Part shown: one piece after another, positions 43,120 to 55,324 of the stretch
Layout of the letters: each line of letters opens with the position of its first letter
Position numbering within the stretch: position 1 is the stretch's first letter
From: Syncephalis fuscata S228
Taxonomy: Eukaryota > Fungi > Zoopagomycota
NCBI GenBank assembly: GCA_025786725.1
Contig: JAHLTZ010000052.1
Span: 46,035 to 110,034, forward strand
Length of the DNA stretch: 64,000 nucleotides
Direction: 5' to 3'
Position numbers and translations under genes: made by a program
The notes under the pieces: generated by a model
Database searches by the model: none
What the model was told of the DNA's origin: nothing
Seen by the model: only the letters and a program-made list of their open reading frames with translations

Positions 43120-43656
43120 TTAATGGCGCAAGTGTTCCTTTTTAGCGTTGCGCACAGCAGTGCGACGGCGCAGTCTTGAGGCGGCAGTTCGGCGAGGTCC
43201 CCCACCCCGCGGAACTACCCGATAAGTGCTGTTGATCGCAACAGCAGCCTTGGTTGGTTGAGCCGGTGCCAATTTGAGGGCGCCGGTGTATTCCACACCA
43301 TCCATAGGAGTGGTGTGGATAGAGGAGGAGGATGAGGAGCAGTAGTAATGACTACTGAATGAAAAGCCGGAAAGGCTAGTGATGGTGGTGTTGACTGCTT
43401 TGTTGCTGCTCAAAACCTCCTCGGTTTGAACAGCAACGCTGCACAAAGCAGTCTCCGCTTGCGTTCCTACGCAGCGGATATTTGGAGGCAATAGAGCCTG
43501 TGTTGCGACTGGCACAGACTCTGGCAGCTTGGCCTTTTTCAAAGCCGGCTTACTGCCTGCCTCAATGTCCGTCTCAGAAAACAAACGTTTCTGGACGACA
43601 GGCAATGGCATCGTAGCATAAATAATGCTACGGGTATAAACAACTGTAGCAGCCAT
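43120..43656 (-). CDS. Orphan low-complexity basic protein
   Basis: 178-aa GC-rich ORF in AT-rich surroundings; canonical GTAAGT..CTAAC..TAG intron just 3' of the stop (about 43088-43025); NLS-like KPALKKAK and RRTAASRLRRR. Confidence 0.6.
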   Translation of the reverse strand: MAATVVYTRSIIYATMPLPVVQKRLFSETDIEAGSKPALKKAKLPESVPVATQALLPPNIRCVGTQAETALCSVAVQTEEVLSSNKAVNTTITSLSGFSFSSHYYCSSSSSSIHTTPMDGVEYTGALKLAPAQPTKAAVAINSTYRVVPRGGGPRRTAASRLRRRTAVRNAKKEHLRH

Positions 43657-46600
43657 CGCTAACTACTTTACGCTATAAAAACGCACAATACATATAATTA
43701 ATACCATGTAAATAGTATATGTAATGCGAATACAAACACAGCATAACCAAATAAACTATTCAATTCAAATGGATGAACAGTTTTAAGCAAACGCCAAGAA
43801 TGCACTGCACGGCTAAACAAATCAAACACAGGTGCAACGCAACGTGTTATGCAACAGCGCAACTTGGCGCAGCAATAATATTCCATTCACTGACAAACGT
43901 AGACGCAAACGTAACACTTGCTTGCCTTTAAAAAAGTTTTTATAACAAAAAACAAGGAAATGAAACTACAATATTGTAGTAGAACAAAAAGACAAGATAA
44001 AACAAACAAGATGAAAGCGTTATAGAGATCTAAATATCAATCTTGCGCGGCTTTTTACACAATAAATTGCCACTCAACTATTTTACACTCACACACCAGT
44101 AGCTTGTACCATCATTTATTCGTATCGAGTATTTGTATGTACAACTTGTAGTATCACTATTGTCTTGTGTAGTTCAATACGAGCTCACTAACCAAAACAG
44201 GCCTGCATCGGACATGAATATCAAATGGTCCGTGTACACCTTGCTAAACCGGTAAGTAGTCCAATAAACTAGATGGCGTGATCACAACAGCAAATAGACA
44301 CATAACACGTGATCTTGTGTTTACTTTTCATAAATACGCCACCACCATGATTGTCGCGTATTAATAACGCGCGTACACGGCTGAAACAATAACATACCAT
44401 TTATACAATACATGTAGCTGTAATAATATATAATAATATTTATTCAAGTCACTTGTACAAATTCTGATAGTCATGATACACAGTGTATTGCTATTTATAC
44501 GATTGCTTCATTACTTAGTTGATTGATTTATATTCCAGTATATCTGTATCTTTTAGCAACCATAAATAATGCAATACTTTATATAGTACTTTTATATTGA
44601 AACTTGGTTTAAAGATGGTTTGTTGGTAAGTGAGTTGTAATTACCGTAGTCTTGTTACTGATGCAGATACATATCATTTAGCTTATTGTAGCCAGTTCAC
44701 TACTACAACAGTTTGTAATAGCTTGCTGTTTTACATTATCAATAGCTGATGGTTTCTGCTATATGTAAAATACATGCATGGATGTGTATATCAGTGTACT
44801 CGGTAGGTATGGTTGTAGTTTACTAGACATACTAGACACAGTATTGCACAAGTACTTGGCAGAATACGACAAATAGTAATGTATATATATATATCTAATT
44901 GTACACGTAGCTATACTCGGCAACATTATAAGTAAAAGTTGTAACCGCTTCAAGTGCTGCAGCATAAATCACAAGTTGTCTGGCGATCAGTAATCTATTG
45001 CGCACCAAGGACTTAGCTGTTTGAACGCGCTGACATCCGTATCGGTTGATACTATGCCAAAACATTCAGCTTGCTTACTAATCTCAAATGCCCAAGCATA
45101 TCTATAATTTACTGACATTGTATTCTAAACAACATATGTTTGTTACGCTATGTATACTGTAGTAATATGCAAATTGCACTTAACTGTCGCTGTAATGTAG
45201 TAGAATTAATAATCAACGTGCGTCATAACTATTATTGTCACCGATTCTATTGCTACTGTGTCTGTGCTTTATTATTATGCTTGAATAGCTATAAAACACT
45301 TGTGATTACTTTTCAATAAACAATATAGGCTAATTATAATACTTATATATATATGCTACATCCTTGGCCAACACTCATCCTGCAATAGCTAGATTTACTT
45401 TAAATAATACATGATCTTGATAAAGTTACTATGCATACACTCAATAAGCAATAGAAGCAGTATGAGTTGAATTTTTAACAAATACAGCTAGCGACAAGCA
45501 AGCAACTTTTACCAATAATGCTAGCCATTAGACTATGCAACGATATAAGACAAAAACAAAACAAAACAAATGTGTGTAAATAGTAGTATTAACATTATAG
45601 TGTATATATATGCATGAACAAATGAGCGAGATAAACAAAAACCATAATGAGCAGAGCTAACGCCGGACGGCAAAACCGTTCCAAATAAACTGCAATTACT
45701 ATATACTAGAATTACATATAATAGAATGAATACACAATAGAAATGCCGCGAGTAATGGTATTGAAGCTGTGGTGCATATAATCTAATGAGCAGAATGAGC
45801 AATTACTTTGAAGAATGTAGTGAATAGAATGTAGCCAGTACATTATAAAATGATATGTAGTGATAGAAATATACAATTTGAATGCTGTGGATGGATAGAG
45901 GATATATGCATACTGGATAATAAATATACGACAATGAACACTTTGATAGCCGATGCCATTCAACACAAAGTCATATTCAATAAAATGAATATGTATTTTA
46001 ATTGCTTGAATGAGACTAATTTAATCATTTGAACATCAAATGATAACAAACGAGATTAATAAATTTGATACTATTCATTAACTATAAACAAAACAATGTC
46101 ACCAAGGCGTCAAACACACATTTTATCTATTTGTGAGTGTGTTATTAGTTATTAATTGTTCAAAACTTTCAGATAAGCTTGATTATAGCTTATGCAAGTG
46201 CCAGTAATGAGTTGACATAATGTTCGATCATGTCAATGTTTTGAGTACATTTTACACAATTATTGTAGACTTATTCTAACTATTGCGAGTACTGTTGCAA
46301 ATGTCTAAAGAATGGCTTGAAAAACTCCCATGTTTTTCTAAATATTTTGTGACGTATATGCTATGACAGCTTTAAACGGCTGTATAATTGTGTTGTAAGC
46401 CGAATATGTGTAAAATAAACAATCATAGCAATTATGTATTAAATAAATGTGTGCCATATTACTGTGCATTGAACCTAAAAATCTAACTGATTATATCTAA
46501 ATATATATACGATATTGCTATATTTTTACATTACAAATGATGTTTATTCGTATAAATATATGTATAATCAGCTTTGTTTAATAGCATTGGTTTTAGTTTA

Positions 46601-46790
46601 CTATTAGTAGACTTAATATTTGGTTTGTTTGTTATTACAACAGATATGTATTACAACAAGTTTATAACCTAGTACATTACAATAATTATGCACTGCAGCA
46701 TGCTGCAAGCACATACCAATACATAATATTATCGTGTGTTGTATCCGCCACTTATATAGTTAGATTAAAATAAAATAGAAAATAAAAATT

Positions 46791-47252
46791 TGTTGAATTT
46801 TATTTATACATCTATACAACCCACTATATGATGATGATTATATTTAAAAATCATTATACTCTCAAATATACACAATTAATATTACCTAACTCTAACTACT
46901 ACACATGTAAACAGGTTTACTAATATTTGTTATGCTTATGGCATCAATAAGCACTCTACAACTTTTAGCACAACTTTACAAATACTTACTAATTGGTTTA
47001 CTTTTCTGTTTTATATATCCAGCATTGCTATAAATACAACAGTAATTATCACATTAAATAAAAGATCATTATTTTATCAAACATTTATTTGCCTTTATTG
47101 TTCTACTCTGGTCCAGCCATAGCAGTTAGTACTATACAATTGTGTAGTTTGTATATCCTAAATTTTAAGTATAGTATACACCAATATACAATTATTGATA
47201 AATATGCAAGTGTACACACAATGTTAGCAGTTGACACAGTTGCTATGATCAT
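46791..47252 (+). repeat. Left arm of the diverged outer inverted repeat flanking the array
   Basis: Reverse complement of 52767-53243, roughly 80-85% identical by eye; mirrored spurious ORFs 47089..47295(+) and 52762..52944(-). Confidence 0.85.
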
Positions 47253-47689
47253 GCAATATCTAACAGCACCATTATTAACCATTATAAGCAAATGAGTGTA
47301 GTAATCATTAACAATTAATCAGTAGACTAATTGTTAGACACAGCATTATTAGTTAATTAACTAATCATAAGCAATAATCATTATTAACCAATTGACTACT
47401 TAATTATTAAACAAATTATTGTTCACTGCTTAATAATTAATGATTAACCAGTAATCACCATTAATTAACTAACTAGCAGATTGACTAATACGGTTGGCTA
47501 CTACTATTAATCAACTACATCGGTTAATTAACTAGGCTAATTAATTAACTAACTGACAAGTATTAAACACCAAGCATTATTAACTAACTATTAAACATCA
47601 ATCATTATTTATTAATTAACTAGCTATTAACTAATATCAAATAAATTATTATTGACTAATTAATTAACTATTAACTGGATTATTAATTA

Positions 47690-47940
47690 ACACAGTTTAA
47701 CTTTATAGTCTATATTCTATTATTAAATAACAAGGGATACCCTTACATTTTTAGTTAATTATTATTGACTAATTACTTAACTTTAGTCTATTTTTATTAT
47801 CAAAATGGCAAGGGATACTCTTGCATTTTAGTTAATTATTACTTAACTTTTATTAATTTTGTTATATTTTATTGTTAAAATGGCAAAAATATCTTACATT
47901 CTAGTATTACTTAATTAAAGTTAATAAAAGTTAAGTAATT
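47690..47940. repeat. Three degenerate ~75-bp subrepeats of the array unit's AT-rich end
   Basis: agtcta..ttatt...aa..caagggata(c)ccttacatttt recurs near 47705, 47785 and 47860, matching 48025-48075 of the unit. Confidence 0.7.
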
Positions 47941-47949
47941 GTTAGTTAA

Positions 47950-50900
47950 TTAACTAATGGTAATGATACCGTTAACAATTTAGTTAACTTGTTAATTAAC
48001 TAATTACTTACTTTTAATTAACTTTGTCTATTTTTATTAACAAAATGCAAGGATACCCTTACATTTTAGTCAAATATTACTTAACTTTTTACTTAACTTT
48101 AGTTCTTTTAATTACTTTTTTAGTCGTATATTTGGTCGATTTTTGTTGGATTTTTGTTGGATTTTTTTGGGAAAAACGGCCCAACTCCCCGTATTTTTAA
48201 TTCCACAGATACTTGTCCTAAAAATACACGGTGCCACTTGTTCGAACCGCAAGAAGCAGGCGCGTCGATCCTGATATGCTAAATAATCGCCAAAAATCGT
48301 GGGAATGCGTGAAAAATACGCGGAGTTGGACCTCCATACAAAAAACGGCACTTTTTGCATGTTTTGATTTTTAAGTCATTGGATAAATTTTTGGCGATTT
48401 TTTGAATATATAGATCAGCGCACCATATTATTGCGGTCGAACGAGTGGTCCTGTGTATTTTTAGATCAATTATCCGTAGAGTTAAAAATACGGGAGTTTG
48501 ATGACTAGTTTATAGTGGCATATTTCACGAAATCCTAAGATATCCCCTATAACCAGCAAACTAGAACTCCCGTATTTTTAACTCTACGGATACTTGCTCT
48601 AAAAATACACAGGACCACTCGTTCGACCGCAATAATATGGTGCGTCGATCTATATATTCGAAAAAATCGCCAAAAATTTATCCAATGAATTAAAAATCAA
48701 AACATGCAAAAAGTGCCGTTTTTTGTATGGAGGTCCAACTCCGCGTATTTTTCACGCATTCCCACGATTTTTGGCGATTTTTAGCATATCAGGATCGACG
48801 CGCCTGCTTCTTGCGGTTCGAACAAGTGGCACCGTGTATTTTTAGGACAAGTATCCGTGGAATTAAAAATACGGGGAGTTGGGCCGTTTTTCCCAAAAAA
48901 ATCCGACAAAAATCCAACAAAAATCGACCAAATATACGGCTAAAAAAGTAATTAAAAGTTAACTAAAGTTAAGTAAAAAGTTAAGTAATATTTGACTAGA
49001 AATGTAAGGGTATCCCTTGCATTTTGTTAATAAATATAGACTAAAAGTTAACTAAAGTTAAGTAATTAGTTAAGTAATTAACAATTAACTAATGTTAAAC
49101 GTTATCAACATTAGTTAATTAACTTAACTAATTACTTAACTTTTAGTTAACTTTTAGTCTATATTTATTAACAAAATAGCAAGGATACCCTTACATTTCT
49201 AGTCAAATATTACTTAACTTTTTACTTAACTTTAGTTAACTTTTAATTACCTTTTTTAGCCGTATATTTGGTCGATTTTTGTTGGATTTTTGTCGGATTT
49301 TTTGGGAAAAACGGTCCCAACTCCCCGTATTTTTAATTCCACGGATACTTGACCTAAAAATACACGGTGCCACTTGTTCGAACCGCAAGAAGCAGGCGCG
49401 TCGATCCTGATATGCTAAAAATCGCCAAAAATCGTGGGAATGCGTGAAAAATACGCGGAGTTGGACCTCCATACAAAAAACGGCACTTTTTGCATGTTTT
49501 GATTTTTAATTCATTGGATAAATTTTTGGCGATTTTTTTGAATATTAGATCGACGCACCATATTATTGCGGTCCGAACGAGTGGTCCTGTGTATTTTTAG
49601 AGCAAGTATCCGTAGAATTAAAAATACGCGAAGTTCTAGTTTGCTGGTTATAGGGGATATTTAGGATTTCGTAAATATGCCACTATAAACTAGTCATCAA
49701 ACTTCACGTATTTTTAACTCTACGGATACTTGCTCTAAAAATACACAGGACCACTCGTTCGACCGCAATAATATGGTGCGCCGATCTATATATTCAAAAA
49801 AATCGCCAAAAATTTATCCAATGAATTAAAAATCAAAACATGCAAAAAGTGCCGTTTTTTGTATGGAGGTCCAACTCCGCGTATTTTTCACGCATTCCCA
49901 CGATTTTTGGCGATTTTTTAGCATATCAGGATCGACGCGCCTGCTTCTTGCGGTTCGAACAAGTGGCACCGTGTATTTTTAGGACAAGTATCCGTGGAAT
50001 TAAAAATACGGGGAGTTGGGCCGTTTTTCCCAAAAAAATCCGACAAAAATCCAACAAAAATCGACCAAATATACGGCTAAAAAAGGTAATTAAAAGTTAA
50101 CTAAAGTTAAGTAAAAAGTTAAGTAATATTTACTAAAATGTAAGGGTATCCTTGCTATTTTGTTAATAAATATAGACTAAAAGTTAACTAAAAGTTAAGT
50201 AATAGTTAAGTAATTAAAAGTTAACTAATGGTTAAACGGTTAACAACTTAGTTAATTGTTAATTACTTAACTAATTACTTAACTTTTAGTTAACTTTTAG
50301 TCTATATTTATTAACAAAATAGCAAGGGATACCCTTACATTTTAGTCAAATATTACTTAACTTTTTACTTAACTTTAGTTAACTTTTAATTAACTTTTTT
50401 AGTCGTATATTTGGTCGATTTTTGTTGGATTTTTGTCGGATTTTTTTGGGAAAAACGGCCCAACTCCCCGTATTTTTAATTCCACGGATACTTGTCCTAA
50501 AAATACACGGTGCCACTTGTTCGAACCGCAAGAAGCAGGCGCGTCGATCCTGATATGCTAAAAAATGCCAAAAATCGTGGGAATGCGTGAAAAATACGCG
50601 GAGTTGGACCTCCATACAAAAAACGGCACTTTTTGCATGTTTTGATTTTTAATTCATTGGATAAATTTTTGGCGATTTTTTTGAATATATAGATCGCGCA
50701 CCATATTATTGCGGTCAGAACGAGTGGTCCTGTGTATTTTTAGAGCAAGTATCCGTAGAGTTAAAAATACGGGAAGTTTAGTTTGCTGGTTATAGGGGAT
50801 ATCTTAGGATTCGTGAAATATGCCACTATAAACTAGTCATCAAACTTCCCGTATTTTTAACTCTACGGATACTTGCTCTAAAAATACACAGGACCACTCG

Positions 50901-52525
50901 TTCGACCGCAATAATATGGTGCGTCGATCTATATATTCAAAAAATCGCCAAAAATTTATCCAATGAATTAAAAATCAAAACATGCAAAAAGTGCCGTTTT
51001 TTGTATGGAGGTCCAACTCCGCGTATTTTTCACGCATTCCCACGATTTTTGGCGATTTTTAGCATATCAGGATCGACGCGCCTGCTTCTTGCGGTTCGAA
51101 CAAGTGGCACCGTGTATTTTTAGGACAAGTATCCGTGGAATTAAAAATACGGGGAGTTGGGCCGTTTTTCCCAAAAAATCCAACAAAAATCCAACAAAAA
51201 TCGACCAAATATACGGCTAAAAAAGTTAATTAAAAGTTAACTAAAGTTAAGTAAAAAGTTAAGTAATATTTGACTAAAATGTAAGGGTATCCCTTGCTAT
51301 TTTGTTAATAAATATAGACTAAAAGTTAACTAAAGTTAAGTAATTAGTTAAGTAATTAACAAGTTAACTAATGTTAAACGGTTATCATTACATTAGTTAA
51401 TTATTAACTACATTAACTATTACTTAACTTTTAGTTAACTTTTAGTCTATATTTATTAACAAAATAGCAAGGATACCCTTACATTTTAGTCAAATATTAC
51501 TTAACTTTTTACTTAACTTTAGTTAACTTTTAATTAACTTTTTTAGCCGTATATTTGGTCGATTTTTGTTGGATTTTTGTTGGATTTTTTGGGAAAAACG
51601 GCCCAACTCCCCGTATTTTTAATTCCACGGATACTTGTCCTAAAAATACACGGTGCCACTTGTTCGAACCGCAAGAAGCAGGCGCGTCGATCCTGATATG
51701 CTAAAAATCGCCAAAAATCGTGGGAATGCGTGAAAAATACGCGGAGTTGGACCTCCATACAAAAAACGGCACTTTTTGCATGTTTTGATTTTTAATTCAT
51801 TGGATAAATTTTTGGCGATTTTTTGAATATATAGATCGACGCACCATATTATTGCGGTCGAACGAGTGGTCCTGTGTATTTTTAGAGCAATTATCCGTAG
51901 AGTTAAAAATACGGGAGTTTGATGACTAGTTATAGTGGATATTTAGAATCGTAAATATCCCCTATAACAGCAACTAGAACTCCCGTATTTTTAACTCTAC
52001 GGATAATTGCTCTAAAAATACACAGGACCACTCGTTCGACCGCAATGATATGGTGCGTCGATCTATATATTCAAAAAATCGCCAAAAATTTATCCAATGA
52101 ATTAAAAATCAAAACATGCAAAAAGTGCCGTTTTTTGTATGGAGGTCCAACTCCGCGTATTTTTCACGCATTCCCACGATTTTTGGCGATTTTTAGCATA
52201 TCAGGATCGACGCGCCTGCTTCTTGCGGTTCGAACAAGTGGCACCGTGTATTTTTAGGACAAGTATCCGTGGAATTAAAAATACGGGGAGTTGGGCCGTT
52301 TTTCCCAAAAAATCCGACAAAAATCCAACAAAAATCGACCAAATATACGGCTAAAAAAGTTAATTAAAAGTTAACTAAAGTTAAGTAAAAAGTTAAGTAA
52401 TATTAACTAGAAATGTAAGGGTATCCTTGCATTTTGTTAATAAAATATAGACTAAAAGTTATAAGTTAATTAGTTAAGTAATTACAATTAACTAAGTTGT
52501 TAAACGTTATCATTACCATTAGTTA
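47950..52525. repeat. Array of eight ~570-bp units in alternating orientation (period ~1,140 bp) with imperfect hairpin junctions
   Basis: The same sequence appears as -,+,-,+,-,+,-,+ (marker ORFs at 48112, 48727, 49236, 49840, 50379, 51005, 51543, 52139); junction centres near 47970, 48530, 49100, 49665, 50240, 50810, 51380, 51948, 52505. Confidence 0.97.
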
Positions 52526-52766
52526 ATTAACTAACTAATTATTAACTAATTAATTATGCTATGCTTAATAATTAGTTTATTGGTTATTTATTAATGATTA
52601 CTACTGATTATTTGTTTATATTGATTAAATAGCACTAATATTATGGTTGGCGTATTAGTGCCATTAGTAACATATGATTGTGCATTGCAGCATTGGCGCT
52701 AGATAATGCATAAACCATTAGCAGTATATATGCTGGACATATCCAATTATAGTGGCGCTAGCTATC

Positions 52767-53243
52767 GTATGATCATAGCAACTGTGTCAACTATTAGCAT
52801 TGTGTGTACACTTGCATATTCATCAGTAATTGTATATTGGTGTATACCATACCTAAAATTTAGGATATATAAACTACGCAATTGTATAGTATTATGTAGA
52901 AGTATAACTGCTATGGTTGGACTAGAGTATAACAGGGAAGACAAATGAGTGTTTGATAAAAGATGTTTTTTATTTGATATGATAATTATTGCTGCATTTA
53001 TAGCAATGTTGGATATAGAGAAGAGAAGAAAGTAAACCGATTATTAAGTATTTGTAAATTTGTGATAAAATGTTGTAGAGTATCTGTTGATGTCATAAAC
53101 ATAACAAATGTTAGCAAATCTGTTTAACATGTGTAATAGTTAGAATTAGGTAATATTACCGTGTAAATTTGAAATTATAATGATTTTTAAATATAGTAAT
53201 CATCATATAGTGAGTTGTATAGATCTATAAATAAATTTTCAAT
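52767..53243 (-). repeat. Right arm of the diverged outer inverted repeat
   Basis: Reverse complement of 46791-47252. Confidence 0.85.
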
Positions 53244-53885
53244 AAGATAGCAGAATATTGATGTATATACAATACTTGTATCTGTAGCTATATCCGTTAG
53301 TATTAAAGCATCAATTGTAATTACCCCCAAGTGCTATGATATGGATTAGAAACTGATTGTCTATCAATAGATCATTGACGCTTTATATGATTTTAGATAG
53401 TTTAACGCTTCATTATATGAGTTGACCAGTATTATAGCAAAACAGCAAATATGTTGTAGTATTTCAAGTGGATAAACACATTTATAATTGATTGATAATG
53501 TATTATTGACATTAAATGCCTATAATACTATTATTGATACACTTATAGTTTGTCGTTATGCTTGAGCGACTATAAAACACTTTATTATTATTTACAATAA
53601 ACAATATGCATTACATGTATGGCTAGTATTGATCTTATAGCCATGACCTTGATGAAGGTGTACGAATAGCAATGCCGAAATTATAGTGCATGCAGCTCAA
53701 TGGAAGAATTAAGTGAAATATATTACTAATGAAGCTACAAACAAACAAACAATAGTTCTTAATAAAGTGTTAATACTTATAATAAAATAGTGTACAAGCG
53801 AATAAGTATATAATAGGAAAGACATAAATAACAGTCGCAAAATCACTGAGCATATATACTTAAATAGATGAGCGATATTAGTTGA

Positions 53886-55324
53886 AATTTTATTAATAAT
53901 AGTGCTAGAAAACAAAAATAAATATACTTTTGGATAGAGGAAGGCTAGGCAATTATAGCATGATATATAAAATGATAAATGTACGGTAAGAAAGTTATAA
54001 AACAACGTTGATGTTATAGTGTGCATAGTGGAATGAGCGGAATGAGTAAAGTATATTGCCGCATATAATAAATAGAATGTGTTTAGTATATCATAGAATG
54101 ATATATGGTAGTGTAGAATAGAGTGGGAATGATATAGGCGAATAGAGGATATATGTGTACTGAATATATGCATCTGATAATAATCTACAATGATGATATT
54201 TGATAACTGATGTCATTCACCACCCATTATCATGTTCAGTAGACTGGATGTTATTAAATATTAGTCATTTAACCACCAAATAACAATAAGTAATGATGTG
54301 ATGATTAAATAAAATTCACCACTTGTTTCCGTGTTCAATAGAACAAAATGTAGTCAACTACGCGAACGTTATTAAAAAAAGTCATTTGACCACCAAATCA
54401 CATTGCATGTAATGATATAATAATTAAACAAATATAATAATAAATGACATGATACACGTTGGTTCAATGAGCAGATGTTATAACAAGGTTATAATTAAAA
54501 ACCAGTAGACTATTGAAAATAGATAATCAGATAAATATACAGTGATATAGAAAACTGTTAAATGGAAAAGAATATAACATGTTGATAACATACAACCAGC
54601 TAGATCATCATATGATTATATAGCTATATGAGTAATTATATGGTATATTGTCAACCAGCTATTTTAACTATTGGACAGGTTAATATACAGCTATATGACC
54701 AACTATAAATATATATATATACAAATAAATAAACAAACAGCTATAAGACTGTATATACCGCACTATAACTAATTTTATTTACTAATAGTTGTTTATTGTT
54801 TAGTGTGATTTGGGGCCCAAATGATTAGTTTTAATAACATTCGCGTAGTTGAACTACATTTTGTTCTATTGAACACGGAAACAAGTGGTGAGTTTTATTT
54901 AATCATCACATCATTACATTTATTGTTATTTGGTGGTTAAATGACTAATATTTAATAACATCCAGTCTACTGAACATGATAATGGGTGGTGAATGACATC
55001 AGTTATCAAATACTCATCATTGTAGATTTATTATCCAGATGCATATATTCAGTACACATATATCCTCTATTCGCCTATATCATTCCCACTCTATTCTACA
55101 CTACCATATATCATTCTATGATATACTAAACACATTCTATTTATATATGCGGCAATATACTTTACTCATTCCGCTCATTCCACTATGCACACTATAACAT
55201 CAACGTTGTTTTATAAACTTTCTTACCGTACATTTAGCATTTTATATATCATGCTATAATCGCCTAGCCTTCCTCTATCCAAAAGTATATTTATTTTTGT
55301 TCTAGCACTATTATTAATAAAATT
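53886..55324. repeat. Near-perfect ~520-bp inverted repeat with ~400-bp spacer (arms 53886-54402 and 54803-55324)
   Basis: For example ggatagaggaaggctaggc..ttatagcatgatatataaaatg and cattttatatatcatgctataatcgcctagccttcctctatcc; only scattered differences. Confidence 0.92.

Noticed and set aside
48499-48564. Missed PacBio SMRTbell adapter as the cause of alternating passes
   Set aside because: Junctions lack the adapter sequence and are genome-like imperfect palindromes in both orientations; other amplification artefacts are not excluded
48112-52354. Eight or nine similar 70-86-aa ORFs (MEVQLRVFF.../MQKVPFF...) as a gene family
   Set aside because: Frames, starts and ends change with homopolymer indels between copies, they lie across an inverted-repeat arm and show no domain; most likely by-products of the repeat
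47950-52525. CRISPR array
   Set aside because: No short direct repeats with unique spacers, no cas genes, and a eukaryotic context
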